A stretch of 64,000 bases of DNA from Camelus ferus. Its lineage: Eukaryota. Shown here piece by piece: positions 1 to 12,639 of the stretch. Where the stretch lies: assembly GCF_009834535.1 (NCBI RefSeq), contig NC_045697.1, positions 12,092,001 through 12,156,000 on the forward strand, written 5' to 3'. Position 1 is the stretch's first letter. Each line of letters starts with the position of its first letter. A model generated the notes under the pieces. The model ran no database searches and was not told the DNA's origin. It saw nothing but the letters and a program-made list of their open reading frames with translations. The position numbers and the translations under genes were made by a program.

Positions 1-189
1 CTCATATATTGTTAATCCAATAAACTTCAAAAAGAATAAAAATATGAATTTAAAACACAGCAACAAATAATGCTGTGAGTATGTCTTTACTGATAGCTAA
101 AAACTGAAAATTAAAGCTAAAGGAAAGAAATTGTAAGAAAATTCATATTGAAAAAATATACTCAAAATTTCAGCTGGGTTTAAAAATAA

Positions 190-830
190 TTCAACCATGT
201 GCAAAGCACTGTTTTAGGAATCTGGAGAGCAGCAGTAAAAATGGCATACAAAGTACCTAGTCTCACAGTGCTTAGGATCTAGGCAAACAATTCATACACT
301 ACCTCCACCATCACCACCAACCATATTTCAGGTTGATGGTAAGTGCTACTTAGGAAAAACAAAGCAGAGTAATGAGGGTAGGGCTAAGGCGGTTGCCATT
401 TTATCAAGCGTTAACAGTATAAGGCTTCTTTGACTTGAATAGAGTCCTGAAGAAAGCGAGAGTACCAACCAAGCTGGTTATCTGGGAGAAAGCTTCTAGA
501 AGGATCAGTCTGTGATATGGAATCATATCTGGAGTGTTTAAGGAACAGCAAAGAGGCCAGGGTGACAGGAGTGCAGTAAGCCAGGCTGAGTGAGATGAGA
601 TCAGAAATGTTACAGGAAGCAGATCGCATAGGGCCTTATGGGCCATGGCAAGAAATTTGACTTTTATTTAGAAAGAGACAAGAAACCACTGGAAGACACT
701 AAGCATAAGACAGGCACAAGTTTAATTTATGTTTTTAAAGGATCAATCTGCTGTGGGGAGAATGGACTGCAAAGAGCAAAGGGTGGAAAAGGGAAACCTG
801 TTGGGGAAGTGCTAGGCTATTTTTCAGCTA
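190..830 (-). mobile_element. LINE-2 (L2a-like) 3' fragment
   Basis: Contains tgtgcaaagcactgttttagg, aggaacagcaaagaggccagggtg and gggccttatgggccatggcaagaaatttgactttt, typical of antisense L2. Confidence 0.75.
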
Positions 831-849
831 TGGGCTTTCGCACTTTCAA

Positions 850-1180
850 TTAGCTACCTCTGCCTAGAAGACTCCTAATCCTTCCCTTTTATTCCCACAC
901 TGATACTAATTCTCACCAAATCTTACTCATCATTCAGTCATTCAGGACACAAACTGAACTTGGTTCTAAGTATTCTAGGTTCCTATACCTGCAACACTTA
1001 CCTACGTTATTTAGCATTTAGCAGGCTATATTCTAGTTGTGTGTATACTCCCTAGGGCTAGCCACCAGACGATAAGCTACACGAAGGCAGAGACCATGTC
1101 TATTTTATTTATTGATGTACCCCACTGCCTACAACAGTACCTGGCACACAATAAATGTTCAAGAATATTTGATAATTAGA
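850..1180 (+). mobile_element. LINE-2 3' end fragment
   Basis: aagctacacgaaggcagagaccatgtc…acagtacctggcacacaataaatgttcaagaatatttg matches the L2 terminus. Confidence 0.7.
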
Positions 1181-1399
1181 ATTTCAAAGAATTAGAAGAA
1201 ATTCAGTTACTGCTAGAAGTTAGAATGCCTGGATTAAAAGGGTAAAATGGGAGACTGGATAGATAAAGTATATGGTACATTGTTTTGTGTGTATATATTA
1301 TCAAGGTACTAATAATTAACTTGATGAATAAAAACTAAGTACTTACTATGCTAAAAATGCAGCAGAGCAATATAAAATAAATAAAACACAAAGAAAGAG

Positions 1400-1670
1400 A
1401 GACTGAAATTCTTTCACCATTCATCTATTGGTAGGTACTTAGGTTGTTTTAGTTGTTCACTATTACAAACAATGCTGAAACGAAAATTCTTCTAAATGTT
1501 TTCTTTTGCTTCACGTATAAAAGTTTTTCAAAGATACACACCTAGAAGTTTAAGTGCTGGACAGTAGGGTATACATTTTACACTTTTGTAGGTATTACCA
1601 AAATTTTTTCCATACCCTTGACAACACTTGGTGTTGCTGAGATTTTTAATTTTTGCTAACCTGATGAGTA
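1400..1670 (-). mobile_element. Old L1 (L1ME-like) fragment
   Basis: ttaggttgttttagttgttcactattacaaacaatgctg…atacacacctagaagt…gctggacagtaggg resembles the antisense L1 ORF2 end. Confidence 0.65.
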
Positions 1671-1840
1671 AGAGCAAGTTGCAGGGGTAAATCAGCGTGC
1701 AAGCGTGCATTTAGTATGCGTTTATGTGAATCCCTAAAGCACACAAAATTATTTTGCATATAGATGTATAAATAGGTATTATCAGTGGTTGCTGCCAAGG
1801 ATAAACAAAGGATGTGATAATTCCTTTAGAGAAAACATAC

Positions 1841-1911
1841 CAGAAGCAAATATGATCAAATACATTTAGTAGTCCTGGGTGATGGGAACATGATTATTAC
1901 ACTGCATTTTC
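1841..1911 (-). other. Candidate alternative 71-nt poison (PTC-containing) cassette exon of LCORL
   Basis: Minus strand: ttgtgtttattAG|GAAAATGCAGT...TTTGCTTCTG|GTATGT. Spliced after the phase-1 exon it reads GKCSVIIMFPSPRTTKCI-stop (TGA at 1858-1856). It sits in an island with no recognisable repeat. No transcript evidence is available here. Confidence 0.45.
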
Positions 1912-3639
1912 CTAATAAACACAATTGTTTCCATTTACTGGTTGTTGACTGAGCATTAACAACACAATTTAATTGTTTCTGATTAAACACTAATGTAAAA
2001 GATAAAGAATTAAAGAGAGGCCAGTGTAATCTTTCAACAGGGCAGATAATTGTGCACATGACACTATCAGAGATAACTTTTAAAATGGACTGATGTTTGA
2101 AAAACTGAAACCATGACCAAATTAAGCAATTTCTTGAGTATCAACGTTTTATTGGGTTAAAAAAATTTTTTTTGAGAATTTGCATACCAAAACGAAGATT
2201 TGAATTTCCATTATCAATTGTTCTCAGTTCTTTATTTTCCTGCAAATTCCTGATAAAGAATCTATTCAAAGCAGACAAATGCACCCCTCATAATACAGAA
2301 TTGTTTTTCACTCATCCAAGGACACTATTCTTTCTCATCTCTTATCTGGCCTCTGTCCATTTTTCAAAGTATGTTTTGTGCTATCTTGGCCTGGCTAACT
2401 TACATACGTCCTTTGGGATCAGCCCCTCAAAGAAGGTTTTCCTAATTTCCCCCTAGCCTTCTTCATACTTCTACAGCACCCTCTTCTTCTATACTGTATT
2501 TATGACATGTTATAATTTGCCTAGCTTATTAGGCAATCCAATAGTATTGTGGGAATTAGTAACTATGTTTAGAATCTATACAGATTAGAATCTTTACAAT
2601 TTATATTTAATTAAGTATACTTACTTGGCTGATTCTCTCACAAGACTCACTTATAAAAACAAGGGCATGAGAGGAATAGTATCTCAAAAAAAGACCCATT
2701 CACTGACTCATCAATGACTTGCTCAATTCTGTCACACCAATGTCAGCATACAGCACTGCACACAGCAGATCCTGACTTGATAAAACAGTCATGAAATCAA
2801 TGGACTTTGTTCAGCCAGCCCGAAAATGGCAGCATAGTCAAAAAGTTGCTTTCCATATGAGAGAAGTTAGCTTTACACAGAGAAATTCCACTTAAGTTAA
2901 AGAGGCTAAGAACAATTTTTAATCACCAATTTCTATATTTGTTAGATTCTAATAATCATACAGATTTTTCTTCAGAAATATCAAGACTGATGATCACTAA
3001 CGACTTAATTAAATATGAATACTAAGTATATTAAAGATATATTTATTATTCTCACAATATTATTGATCTCCAGGTGCCATACAAGACAAATTCATCAAGC
3101 TCAGTCCATACTGAGCTAAAAGATTTTTTAAAAACATATTACTCATCATCAATACTAAAGATGTAAATATTGGTAAGATTCAGTACATGAAGGCAAATGA
3201 ATTTTAATAAGGAGAAAATCACATACATTTTATGTTTTTTGGACAAGGGGAAAAATATAACAAATTAAATTTCATAAATTACTAATCAATAGCAATAAAA
3301 GTTTCATCAAAATCACTGCAATTTAATATTTAATACTCTTTGATGCAAACCTACATTAACAGTTTTAATAAATACCTTAATGCTATTTCTACTTTATGTC
3401 TCTGACCACTTCTTATCTAACTCCTTAAATGAGTCTTCTTGCCTTCCTTTTAGCCCCTCAATGTACTGTTCTAGTCAGCCTTCGGCTCTTCCTGGTTTTC
3501 TCCTACTGTACTCTCAAGGAGATTCCCATGATTTCAAAGTAATCATTTATAGTCAACTGATTTCCAGAAAATAGAACTTACATAAAATCTAAATATATAA
3601 AACTATACTTTTCTATAGTGTACACAAAGTATGCAAAAC

Positions 3640-3850
3640 ACTACTCCAAGAGCATTGCATGTCTTGACCCATTCAGTGCTCACACAACCCAGTATATATA
3701 AATAGGCTTTATTAATTTGCAAATTTTAATGACAAAACTGAGAGTGAAAGAGAGGTTAGTTATCTTGCCCAAGGTCACACAGCTGTAAGTAGTGAAAACA
3801 CTATTCAAACTCAGTCAGTCATATTCCAGAGTATGCATTCAACTACAATT
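3640..3850 (-). mobile_element. MIR SINE
   Basis: aaaactgagagtgaaagagaggttagttatcttgcccaaggtcacacagct…attcaaactcag is the MIR core in antisense. Confidence 0.8.
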
Positions 3851-4725
3851 CTAATCTGTGTAATTTTTTAAAGAGACAAGTTACAATGTTGATAATGGTA
3901 TAATAAACTTAGCACCTTTAAACATTACCACTTCAGAAATGGAACACTTTTGGAAATAATCTAGCAATATGCTATCAAAAATCTTTAAAATGTTCACATT
4001 CTTCAAGGCATCTATCTTAAGAAACTAGTATTTAACATGAACATGGTTTTACGCACAAAAATATGCCAAAGATTTCCATATTACTGATAAGTAGAAATAC
4101 ATTTTTAAACACTCTAAATACTTAAAAAACCCAAAATACCAAATATAGAATAATATCTGGAAATAAATATAACAAATGGAACATAACCTTTAATAAGGAT
4201 GTGAGTAATTAAAATATGTGTGTGGGCACCAACTCACACACATGTATGTATATATAATGTATATATAATATAAATATACACACACATAATATATATAATC
4301 TTGCTCTCTAATTTTCTGTTTTCCCCATGTTTGCCATAATGAGCATGTATTAATGGAAAACCCCCACAAACTTATTAACAAAATAATACCAAAGTGTAAA
4401 AGCAACCCCTTGGGTTTATCAAAATTTTATTTTAAAATTGTTTTTGTTACTTGTTTAACCGCTGAGTTAGTTTCAGAGTCATGGAGGAAACAATCAATGT
4501 AATATTAGAGTAGCACATCAATTAACATTGGTTTTTCTTTCCCTCATCTGCCTTCCTCTGCATGTCAAACATCTTTTTAAAAGGGAAGGGCTATTGCCTT
4601 CCTGACGTGTTTTATTTAGTGCATACATAGGTGAAATCCTATAGAATTCATCCATCTAATACTTATTAATACTGATAAGGGGCAAAATAAATCAGAGTAA
4701 AGTGCTTATAGTAAATTTAGGATGT

Positions 4726-4756
4726 GGAAATTGAACTAGGAAATTGAACTAGGAAA
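4726..4756. repeat. 13-bp tandem duplication (ggaaattgaacta x2.4)
   Basis: Read directly from the sequence. Confidence 0.85.
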
Positions 4757-5769
4757 ATATTACTGGTAAAATTAAACAAGGTTTCAGCACTTCCACCACA
4801 AGCCATTTTAGAATTTCATTGTAAAAAAAAAAAAGAATTTCACTGTAGTTCTTTCTTTCTTCAGTTATTCCTTTAAGTACTGAACTGAAGCAAAGTTTCA
4901 AGAGGTTTCAAGTCAATACCTTGAAAAATATTTTAAAAAACACATTCTCTTTTTTATCTTATGTATTGAACTACTTTATTCTGTAAGTTTAAGTTTTAAC
5001 CAAACATTTAAAATGTGGAATGTATATTTATTACAACTATATATTGGAAAACTTTAGATTTGCTAGCCTTTGTCATGCTCATCCAAAAATGATTTATATG
5101 AACTTTAAAATTTTTTTTTACTGAAATATGACATTCATAACAAGAATGAACGTAAGTACACAATTTAATGAATTTTCATAAACTGAACATGCTTATGTAA
5201 ATAGCACCTAGGTCACCACCATCAACCCAGAAGCTCCCCCATCATACCTCGGGGTCACTAACTTACCCCCACATCCACTATCTTGACTTCTAACAGCTTT
5301 ATGAAAGCTCTTTTATGCAACAATTTCACTTCTAGGAAATTGTCTTCAAGTAAAAATTAAGATTGAGTGCAAAAATCTCAGCTAAAGCATGTTTGTTTAT
5401 ATATCTGAAGATATGAATTAAATATAATGTGACCTTTCCATAATATAGAATACTATTCGGCTAAGTAAATCTATTTAACTATTAAAACGGATCTGCAGAA
5501 AAATAGTAACATATGGATGTTTAAAAAATATTTAAAAAATAAAACTACAGAGGATTATATACAATGAATGATTCGTGGGAATGAGCTCTGGTAGAAGAGA
5601 GCAAGCCTAAGAGTGTGTAAGTATGTGTGTGAGTATCTTTTTCCAGGAAGAGATTCAGAAAGATTGAAAACTTAACCATAACAGTTACCTATCGGTAGGT
5701 GAAGAAAAGATTTTTATTTTGTTCATTTGTTTATCTATTTTTAGCTTTTCTACAATGCATAGCTTTACA

Positions 5770-6050
5770 GTTCATTCATTTGATTAATATCTACTGAATG
5801 GTTATAATATGCCAGTCATTCTTCTACGCACAGTAGGAAGCAGAATAGAAAATGTTCCTGCTCTCAGGGAATTTATATTCCAGCAGAGCATAAAAAGGAA
5901 AGACAAATCAATAAAAAAATAATTTCACAAGGTGATAAGACCTATAATGAAAATAAAACACAGTAACAGGACAGAATAACAATGGCCAAGTGGGAAGAGG
6001 TTACTATGTTGGAATAAATGATCAGGCAAGGCCTCTAAGAAAATGACTTG
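5770..6050 (-). mobile_element. LINE-2 3' end; interrupted by L1 and apparently resuming at about 8090-8350
   Basis: ttcattcatttgattaatatctactgaatggttataatatgccag… is an antisense L2 terminus. L2-like sequence resumes near 8100 (gcaagagcaaaggttcagaagtg…gcctggcatgtg). Confidence 0.65.
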
Positions 6051-6059
6051 TTCTTTTTT

Positions 6060-8060
6060 AAAAAAGACATTTTTACTAAGACAAATTTCAAACATACAAA
6101 ATATAGAATAACCATTCCTCTATAGCTTTATCTTCTGATGATGGTGTTTGATTCAATTATCTTACTAGGAGGTACGAAATAGTAATTTCAAGTCTATCAT
6201 GTCTTCCATATTTATTAGATGAAACTCTTCTTCAAGAATCTTCCTTAAATGAAGTCTGATTGTCTTGAAATACAATTTGTAAAAGAAAAGCAAAATAAAT
6301 ACTTAAGTCCTTCCTCTAGTTGCTCATTTTCAAAGTAAGGAAAATAGTATGTTCCTTCAGTGTGGACTCGTAACTTTAACGGCTTTTTTTTTTTTAAACT
6401 ATGGAATGCTTCATGAATTTGCATATCATTCTTGCACAGGGGCCATGCTAGTCTTCTCTGTATTCTAATTTTTCATATGTGCTGCTGAAGTATCATACAC
6501 TAATGGATTTTAAAACATTCAATATGTTTCAGTTGTAATTGTTCTTCCTTTCGATGCTTAAATGTTCTCCTATTTGGCCAATAGGAATCCTTAACACTGG
6601 CTCCTATATTTGGTTGACAAATTAAGTCTTTGGCGCTTCCCTGCTTGCTGATAAAAGAAGTTCCAGGCTCATTCTGCACATTTTCTGATCCAGACTTGGA
6701 TTCCAAGGAGGCCTGCTTTCTTTTAAAGGAAAATAATATATAGAGACAACAATCCAGGCCTAAGTTCAATGCTACTGAGCTGTCTGTCATGCTTTTAGAA
6801 TATTTCAGGGGTCAGACTAGCAAATGTGTATTTTTGAAAAGAAAAAAAAATGTGAGTTTGCAGTGACACTTCCAATTTACATGTAGTATTACAGAGTTAT
6901 TACTTGACTTTGCACTTGTTTCTTCTTTTACCCTGAAAATCTTAGTTTCCTAAAACAACGTTAACATGGTTACATATTTGATTTATTCTATAAATCCAAA
7001 ATAATGAACAATATTATTATTAATATTATTAAAAGAAAGTTTAGGATTTCTCTGAAGTATCCCTTGTCCTTAGATTATATTCCACCAAGAAAGTATGGTC
7101 AAAATACTGGGTAAAGTCACTGACATAATTCTTTTCTCAGTATCAGTATGTTACTGACTTGATGTGGCCAGGTTCATTTGTAACATTCTTTTTCAAATTT
7201 TAGGGATCACTTTAATTTTTTAAAATGTTTATTCTTTGGATTATGTTGAATATTTCCATAAAACTACATAACAAGGTTGATTCACAGCACTTCCATCCTG
7301 CCCCCTCCACCTCATTTACTTATAACCCTTACAGGTAACCATGCTTATTAGTTTTTATCTTTCCTTCTTTGTTTATATAGAAGAGAACATGTAATATGTA
7401 CCGTTCTGTAACTTGCTTTTAAATGTCACTGTAAATTTAGGGATCTTTCTCACCCTTTTTATTCCCCCAAATGTTCAGTCTTTCACTGTGTGAATGTACG
7501 ATAATTTAGTTAACCATTTGCGTTACTTCCAATTCCTTGCTATTATAAATAATGCCCCCAGTGAATAAACTTGCATACATATCATCGATACTTATATGAC
7601 TGTAATTATAGGCTCAGTTCCTTGAAATGAGATTGCTGGGTCAAAGGGTAAATGTATATAATGTTAATAGATACTGTCGATTCCGCTCCATAAGGATTGT
7701 ACCAGTTTGTATTCCCCAATACATGAGAATGCCTGTTTCTTCACAGCCTCACCAAATAGGTTACATTGCTAAGCTTGAATTCTCAGTAGTCTGATAGGTG
7801 TGAACCATATATGAGTGTATTTCCTATGAGTTTATGAGTGTATTTTTCTATGTTTAAAGGCTCTTAAAATTTCTTCATCTATGAAGTGACAATAAAACAA
7901 TGCTCATTTTTCTATCAGTTTGTGGATCTTTTAGTTCTCAATTTTTTGAAACTCTTTATGCACTAGATTATTAGTCCTTTATTTTGTAATATAAATTACA
8001 AATATTTTTTCATAGATTGCCATTTGTCTTTTGATTTTTCTAATGTTATTTTTATACATT
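6060..8060 (-). mobile_element. Old L1 (L1MC4/5-like 3' UTR plus ORF2 end), host of the U6 pseudogene
   Basis: gatgcttaaatgttctcctatttggccaataggaatcc…ctggctcct and ttccaggctcattctgcacattttctgatccagacttgga are L1MC-type 3' UTR motifs. gagattgctgggtcaaaggg near 7630 marks the ORF2 end. Confidence 0.7.
6384..6500 (-). pseudogene. Processed U6 snRNA pseudogene (near full length) with poly(A) tail
   Basis: The reverse complement reads CTTCAGCAGCACATATG…ACAGAGAAGACTAGCATGGCCCCTGTGCAAGAATGATATGCAAATTCATGAAGCATTCCATAGTTT, which is U6 with CpG>TpG decay. A12 tail at 6384-6395. Degenerate TSD taacggctttt (6377-6387) / taatggatttt (6501-6511). Confidence 0.93.
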
Positions 8061-9169
8061 TGATTTTATCATTCCCCTACTGTTAAGGTGATATTCTAGT
8101 TGAGATACAGATGAGGAAGAGGGGCAAGCCGTAGGAACAAGAAAATCTGAAGACTAATCCAGACAAAGCGATCAGCAAGAGCAAAGGTTCAGAAGTGAAG
8201 TGAGCCTGGCATGTGTTGGTTAGTGTGATTTGCACATAATAAGCCAGGAAGAAAGGAAAAGGATTAAGTCCAGCGGGGTAGATAGAGACAAGATCTTAGC
8301 AAAGTCATACAAGTCATGGAAAGAAAATTTAAATTTTGTTCATGTAACAGAAAACTCAGAGGAAGATTTACATATGGAATACTATCTAGCTTTACTTTAT
8401 TCAGCCTGAGCATGAGAATCCTATTTTGGCACACTGATAGCTTCAAAGTTATGTTAAGGTATATATTACCGAATATTTTATTTGGAGGGAAAACATGTGA
8501 AGAAATTGAAAGGGAAACAAAAACCCAACGAATTGTCTCTTGGAAACCATGTGGTAACAGAATGGTCAATTTTATATCAAACTATAACAAAGGTTCAGGA
8601 AAAATGTAATGGCTACAAAGAAAATGATTTATTTATTCTTTTTCTTTCTTGTTGTACTTCATACAGCTAATCAGGTTAGTCAATTGACGATTTGTTTACA
8701 TGGTAATATTTATGGAACTTTTGAATTTAAAATGCATGGCTTTTTTGTTTCTGGTATTATTTACAAAATAGAAAAAAGAAAATTCCAGCTTAAATATACT
8801 GTAACAATCATATTTCTTGACACTCTACAATCTGATTTTATGGAAAAAGCTTTGACTTTTCTCTTGATTTTTAAGTGACTGAGAAAATCCTCATACAGCT
8901 CCTCAGACATACCTGATCTGCTCCTGCCTTCTTTGATTTCTGATATTTTTGTCTTTGTTTTTGGTATTTCTTTGGCCTGGAATGCCCTGCCCTCACATCT
9001 TCACATGAAGGATCTCTCACCATTCAATTCTCTGTTCAAACTCACTTCTTCAGGGAGGCTTTCCTGACCACCTTACCTAAAATAATCCTCTCAAGTCACT
9101 CTTGGTATCTTGCTTATTCATTCTTTTGTAAAATTAGGGGCACGTTGACAGGCATATTTCAAAAAAGTA

Positions 9170-10250
9170 ATGAGTAACTTCTGGAAATGAAAAAATAACA
9201 ACAAATTAGAAACTCAAGACAAATATTAAACAGTGGTTTGAATAGCTCAAGAAAGAAACAGTGAATTTGGAGATAGTTCTAAATAAACTAATCAGGATAT
9301 AACACAGATAAAAAGTTGGAAGATACGAAAGAGAAGATAAGAGATATGAAAACTAGAATGAGAGGGTCCAAATTATGTCTCAGTAAATTCAAATAAGAGA
9401 TAAAGTAAGAATTATAATATATTTGAAAAGATAATGGCTGAACAATCATAACTGATGAAAGAAATTTGTCCTCAGTTTTAGAAATGTTTTGAAATGATAT
9501 GACTCACAAGCAGAATAAATAAAAGTATACACCCAAATATATCCAAGACAAGCTGCAGAACAGCATAAACAAAACAGAGACAGAGAGTAAGTGACAGACG
9601 CTGAAAGTTGAGAGTCTGAAGATTACTTACAAAGGAAAGACTATTTGTTGGGTAGTTACAGCGACAACAGAAGCCAAGACACAATCACAGCAGCAGCAGC
9701 GAGAAAACAGTAACTGTCAGCCCAGACTCGCGGACCCAGGAAAAATCTCTTTTAAGAACAAAGGTAGTTAAAGAGAAATAAGAAACTGAAAAAACTATTC
9801 CGAGAGTTTACGACCAATAAATCTTCATCAAAAGAATTTCTGATTTCAGAAGACACTTTGAGATATAGGAAGGAATGATAAGCAAAGGAAAAAGGTAATC
9901 ATGTATGTAAAACTAAACAAAAATTGATTATATAAAAATAGTTATAATATTTTAATTGTGATGTTATAAAAAGAGAATTAAAGCATTGATAAATTGGCTA
10001 TAAGTGTCACGGCGGGAAACAAGCTAAAATATTCCTTACTTTAACTGTTGAGTTAACTAAACATTAAAAAACTTCTGGGGTAATTACTACAGAATAGCAA
10101 CAGAGTATATAATTTCAAAATTAGCAAAGAAAGAAGATTAAAATAGAAACAATGCAATCTAAAAGAAAATAACAAAGGAGGAAAAAAGCTTAACAAATGG
10201 GACAAATAGAAAGCACAAAATAAGATGGTGGAAACAATTACAAGGGTGAT
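9170..10250 (+). mobile_element. Highly decayed L1 ORF1 / inter-ORF fragment
   Basis: A-rich sequence with gaaagaaacagtgaatttggagatag…gagaagataagagatatg…gataatggctgaa, and aaatagaaagcacaaaataagatgg at the ORF2 start. Confidence 0.6.
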
Positions 10251-10259
10251 GAGGCTACA

Positions 10260-10700
10260 AAAGAATACAGGCTGCTGTAGAAAAATACAGTAAGAGACCA
10301 AAGCAAATTTTGGTGGTAATTAACAAGAATGTGTGTGTATGTGTGTCTGTGTGCATCCAATTTAAGAGTGTGGGGTAGGTTTTCTTAGAGAACTGATGTT
10401 TAAAAGGAGACCTAAAGAAAAGCCCAGTAAGATTCATTTAGAAAAAACTGGCAGAGGTAGGGAGTGGCTTCTGCAGAGAGGCAAAAGCATGTATGAATAT
10501 TCTGAGGCCAGAGTATGTGACATTCAAGAAACAGAAAAAACCAATATGAAGACTAAAGAGAGATGCAAGATGAGAACAGATAGGTAGGCAGAGTCTGGAT
10601 CTTGGTGAGTCCAGGATTTTAGACTTTATCCTAAGGACAATTAGAAATCATTAAAGTGTTTTAAGCAGATGAGTGGTATGTCCTGATTTGGAATTTTTAA
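10260..10700 (-). mobile_element. LINE-2 fragment
   Basis: ggcaaaagcatgtatgaatattctgaggc…gactttatcctaaggacaattagaaatcattaaagtgttttaagcag. Confidence 0.65.
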
Positions 10701-12639
10701 ATATCATTTATTTCTCTCTTAGAGTCAGAGAAGGTTAGCCTGGAAGGGACATGGATAATCTTGGTATGTTTTACTCCTCAGGTTTACTAAGATATGGTAT
10801 CTTCTCGATCATGGAACATTAACACTTTCTTCCATATGTCTTTAGCTTTGGAAAACCAAAGTTAAGCACAGAAATACAAGATGGGTTACTTTATTGCTTT
10901 CATTATGAGATACAGAAATATCTTCTCTTTCTTTAAAAAAATTGTTCAGTATTTTCCTAACAAAGTAACAACAAACTTCATTTATAAATAGCGTGGTTTA
11001 TAAAATGTAGTATCATAAAATGATACATGACTCTCTAAATTACAGTTTAACATCTCAGCTGACAACCTCACCTACCTTAATCTCAGCCAAGAAACCAGAT
11101 TAGGGGTGGTGGCAGCAACAACAATAAAGGATACTTAATGACAACTGGACAAATCACTTAAATTTGTATCTTTTATTCAATATAATCTCCCAAATGTTCA
11201 CTTGAAGCCTAGTTCATATTAGTCTCATATATAATTTGTCTCTTAAAAAATCTTATTCAAACTAGGAGATATGGTTTCCAAAGTTCAGCCTACTGATAGC
11301 AATGTGAAATAATTTCTTAAAAAATTTAACTTTATTTGTTGCCAAGGGAAAATAATTCTAAAAATGTCAAAAGGTTACAGGGCACTTCAATAATTAATGT
11401 TCATCATGACACAATGTTCCATACATTGTTTAAGTATAAAGACATTACATAATATTTTCCTCTAGTATGTTTAAAATAAGAAATTTCACTGCTAAAATCG
11501 TAAATTATCAAGTCTCAATCTTCATTTTAATTCTTAATAGCATTTGAAAATAGTAAAAGTTTTTAATTCAGTAAACCCAAAGTGTCATACATCATACATC
11601 CACTGGAGATACAAAAGAGAATAAATAGGTTCCTGTTCCCAAATGTTGATTATAGTGGGGAGATAAACGTGGAAACAATTACAATGAAGTGAGAATTTAC
11701 TAAAATCAAAGTTCTACCACAATAATCACTGGACTTCATGGTAGAAAACTACACCAACAAGGCCGATGAAGTGCTGTTGTTTCATCTCTGCCCACATTTG
11801 ATCTTGTTCTTTATAGAACTGGTAAATTCTTCATAGTGGTCACAATAATGATAAAGGTTCATAAGTTGTAAATTTCTTCCTGTACTTTGTAACTCAGGGT
11901 AAGTTTTACTTTTGGGCCCAGGTTAAAACCAAAAAACAAATTATTTTTGACATGTTAATGTTATGTCTGCATGTCTTTTAAGTTAGTGTTCCAGGACAAA
12001 AAAATGCATGACTTACTTTCTCCCAGTTTTTGAGGCTCAGAGTATTTATACAAATCTGCATAATGAAAATGCACAAAGAAATATCTCTAATATTTGAAGC
12101 ACTTGGCTAGAAAGTACAATGGAAAGGCAAATAGGAATGTTTCCTTCAGGGTAACAATATTTTAAGTCAGTCTAGAGTTTGTGGAAGAGAGGATAAGGAA
12201 ATTGCAGAGTATGAAAATTGATTTACGAAGAACAATTAGAGAAGCTGTAACAGTTTGCATGGAAAGTAGAGGTTTAAAGAGACAAAACAGATTCAACGAA
12301 TATTTACAGCACTAACAGGTAAAAGGAATAAATTTTCTCATAGTGTTGAGATGGAAAAGAAACCCACAAACCCTAAAGGTTAGCATGAAAAAGAGAAGAC
12401 TTGGAGATATAATTTCTACAAATATTGACAGTACTATTAGGTAAAATATTGTTGGAGGATGGAAAAAATATAAAATGAAGGGTGGATGTTTCCGAGATAT
12501 GAGCTTAATTGTCAGAGCTGTCAAACACAGTTTTTTCTAAGTACTTACAGTCAGAGGTTGAATTACCATCTCTTTTATTCTGTTATATACAACAGAATAA
12601 AAGAACCCTACACTGGGATGAAAGCTGGGCTGGATATTC

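Noticed and set aside
6396..6500. Functional U6 snRNA gene
   Set aside because: It has multiple substitutions and indels, a poly(A) tail and a TSD, and it is embedded in L1.
8264..8878. Cluster of overlapping 60-100 aa ORFs
   Set aside because: No recognisable protein motifs or coherent splice structure. This is expected by chance and partly overlaps an L2 remnant.
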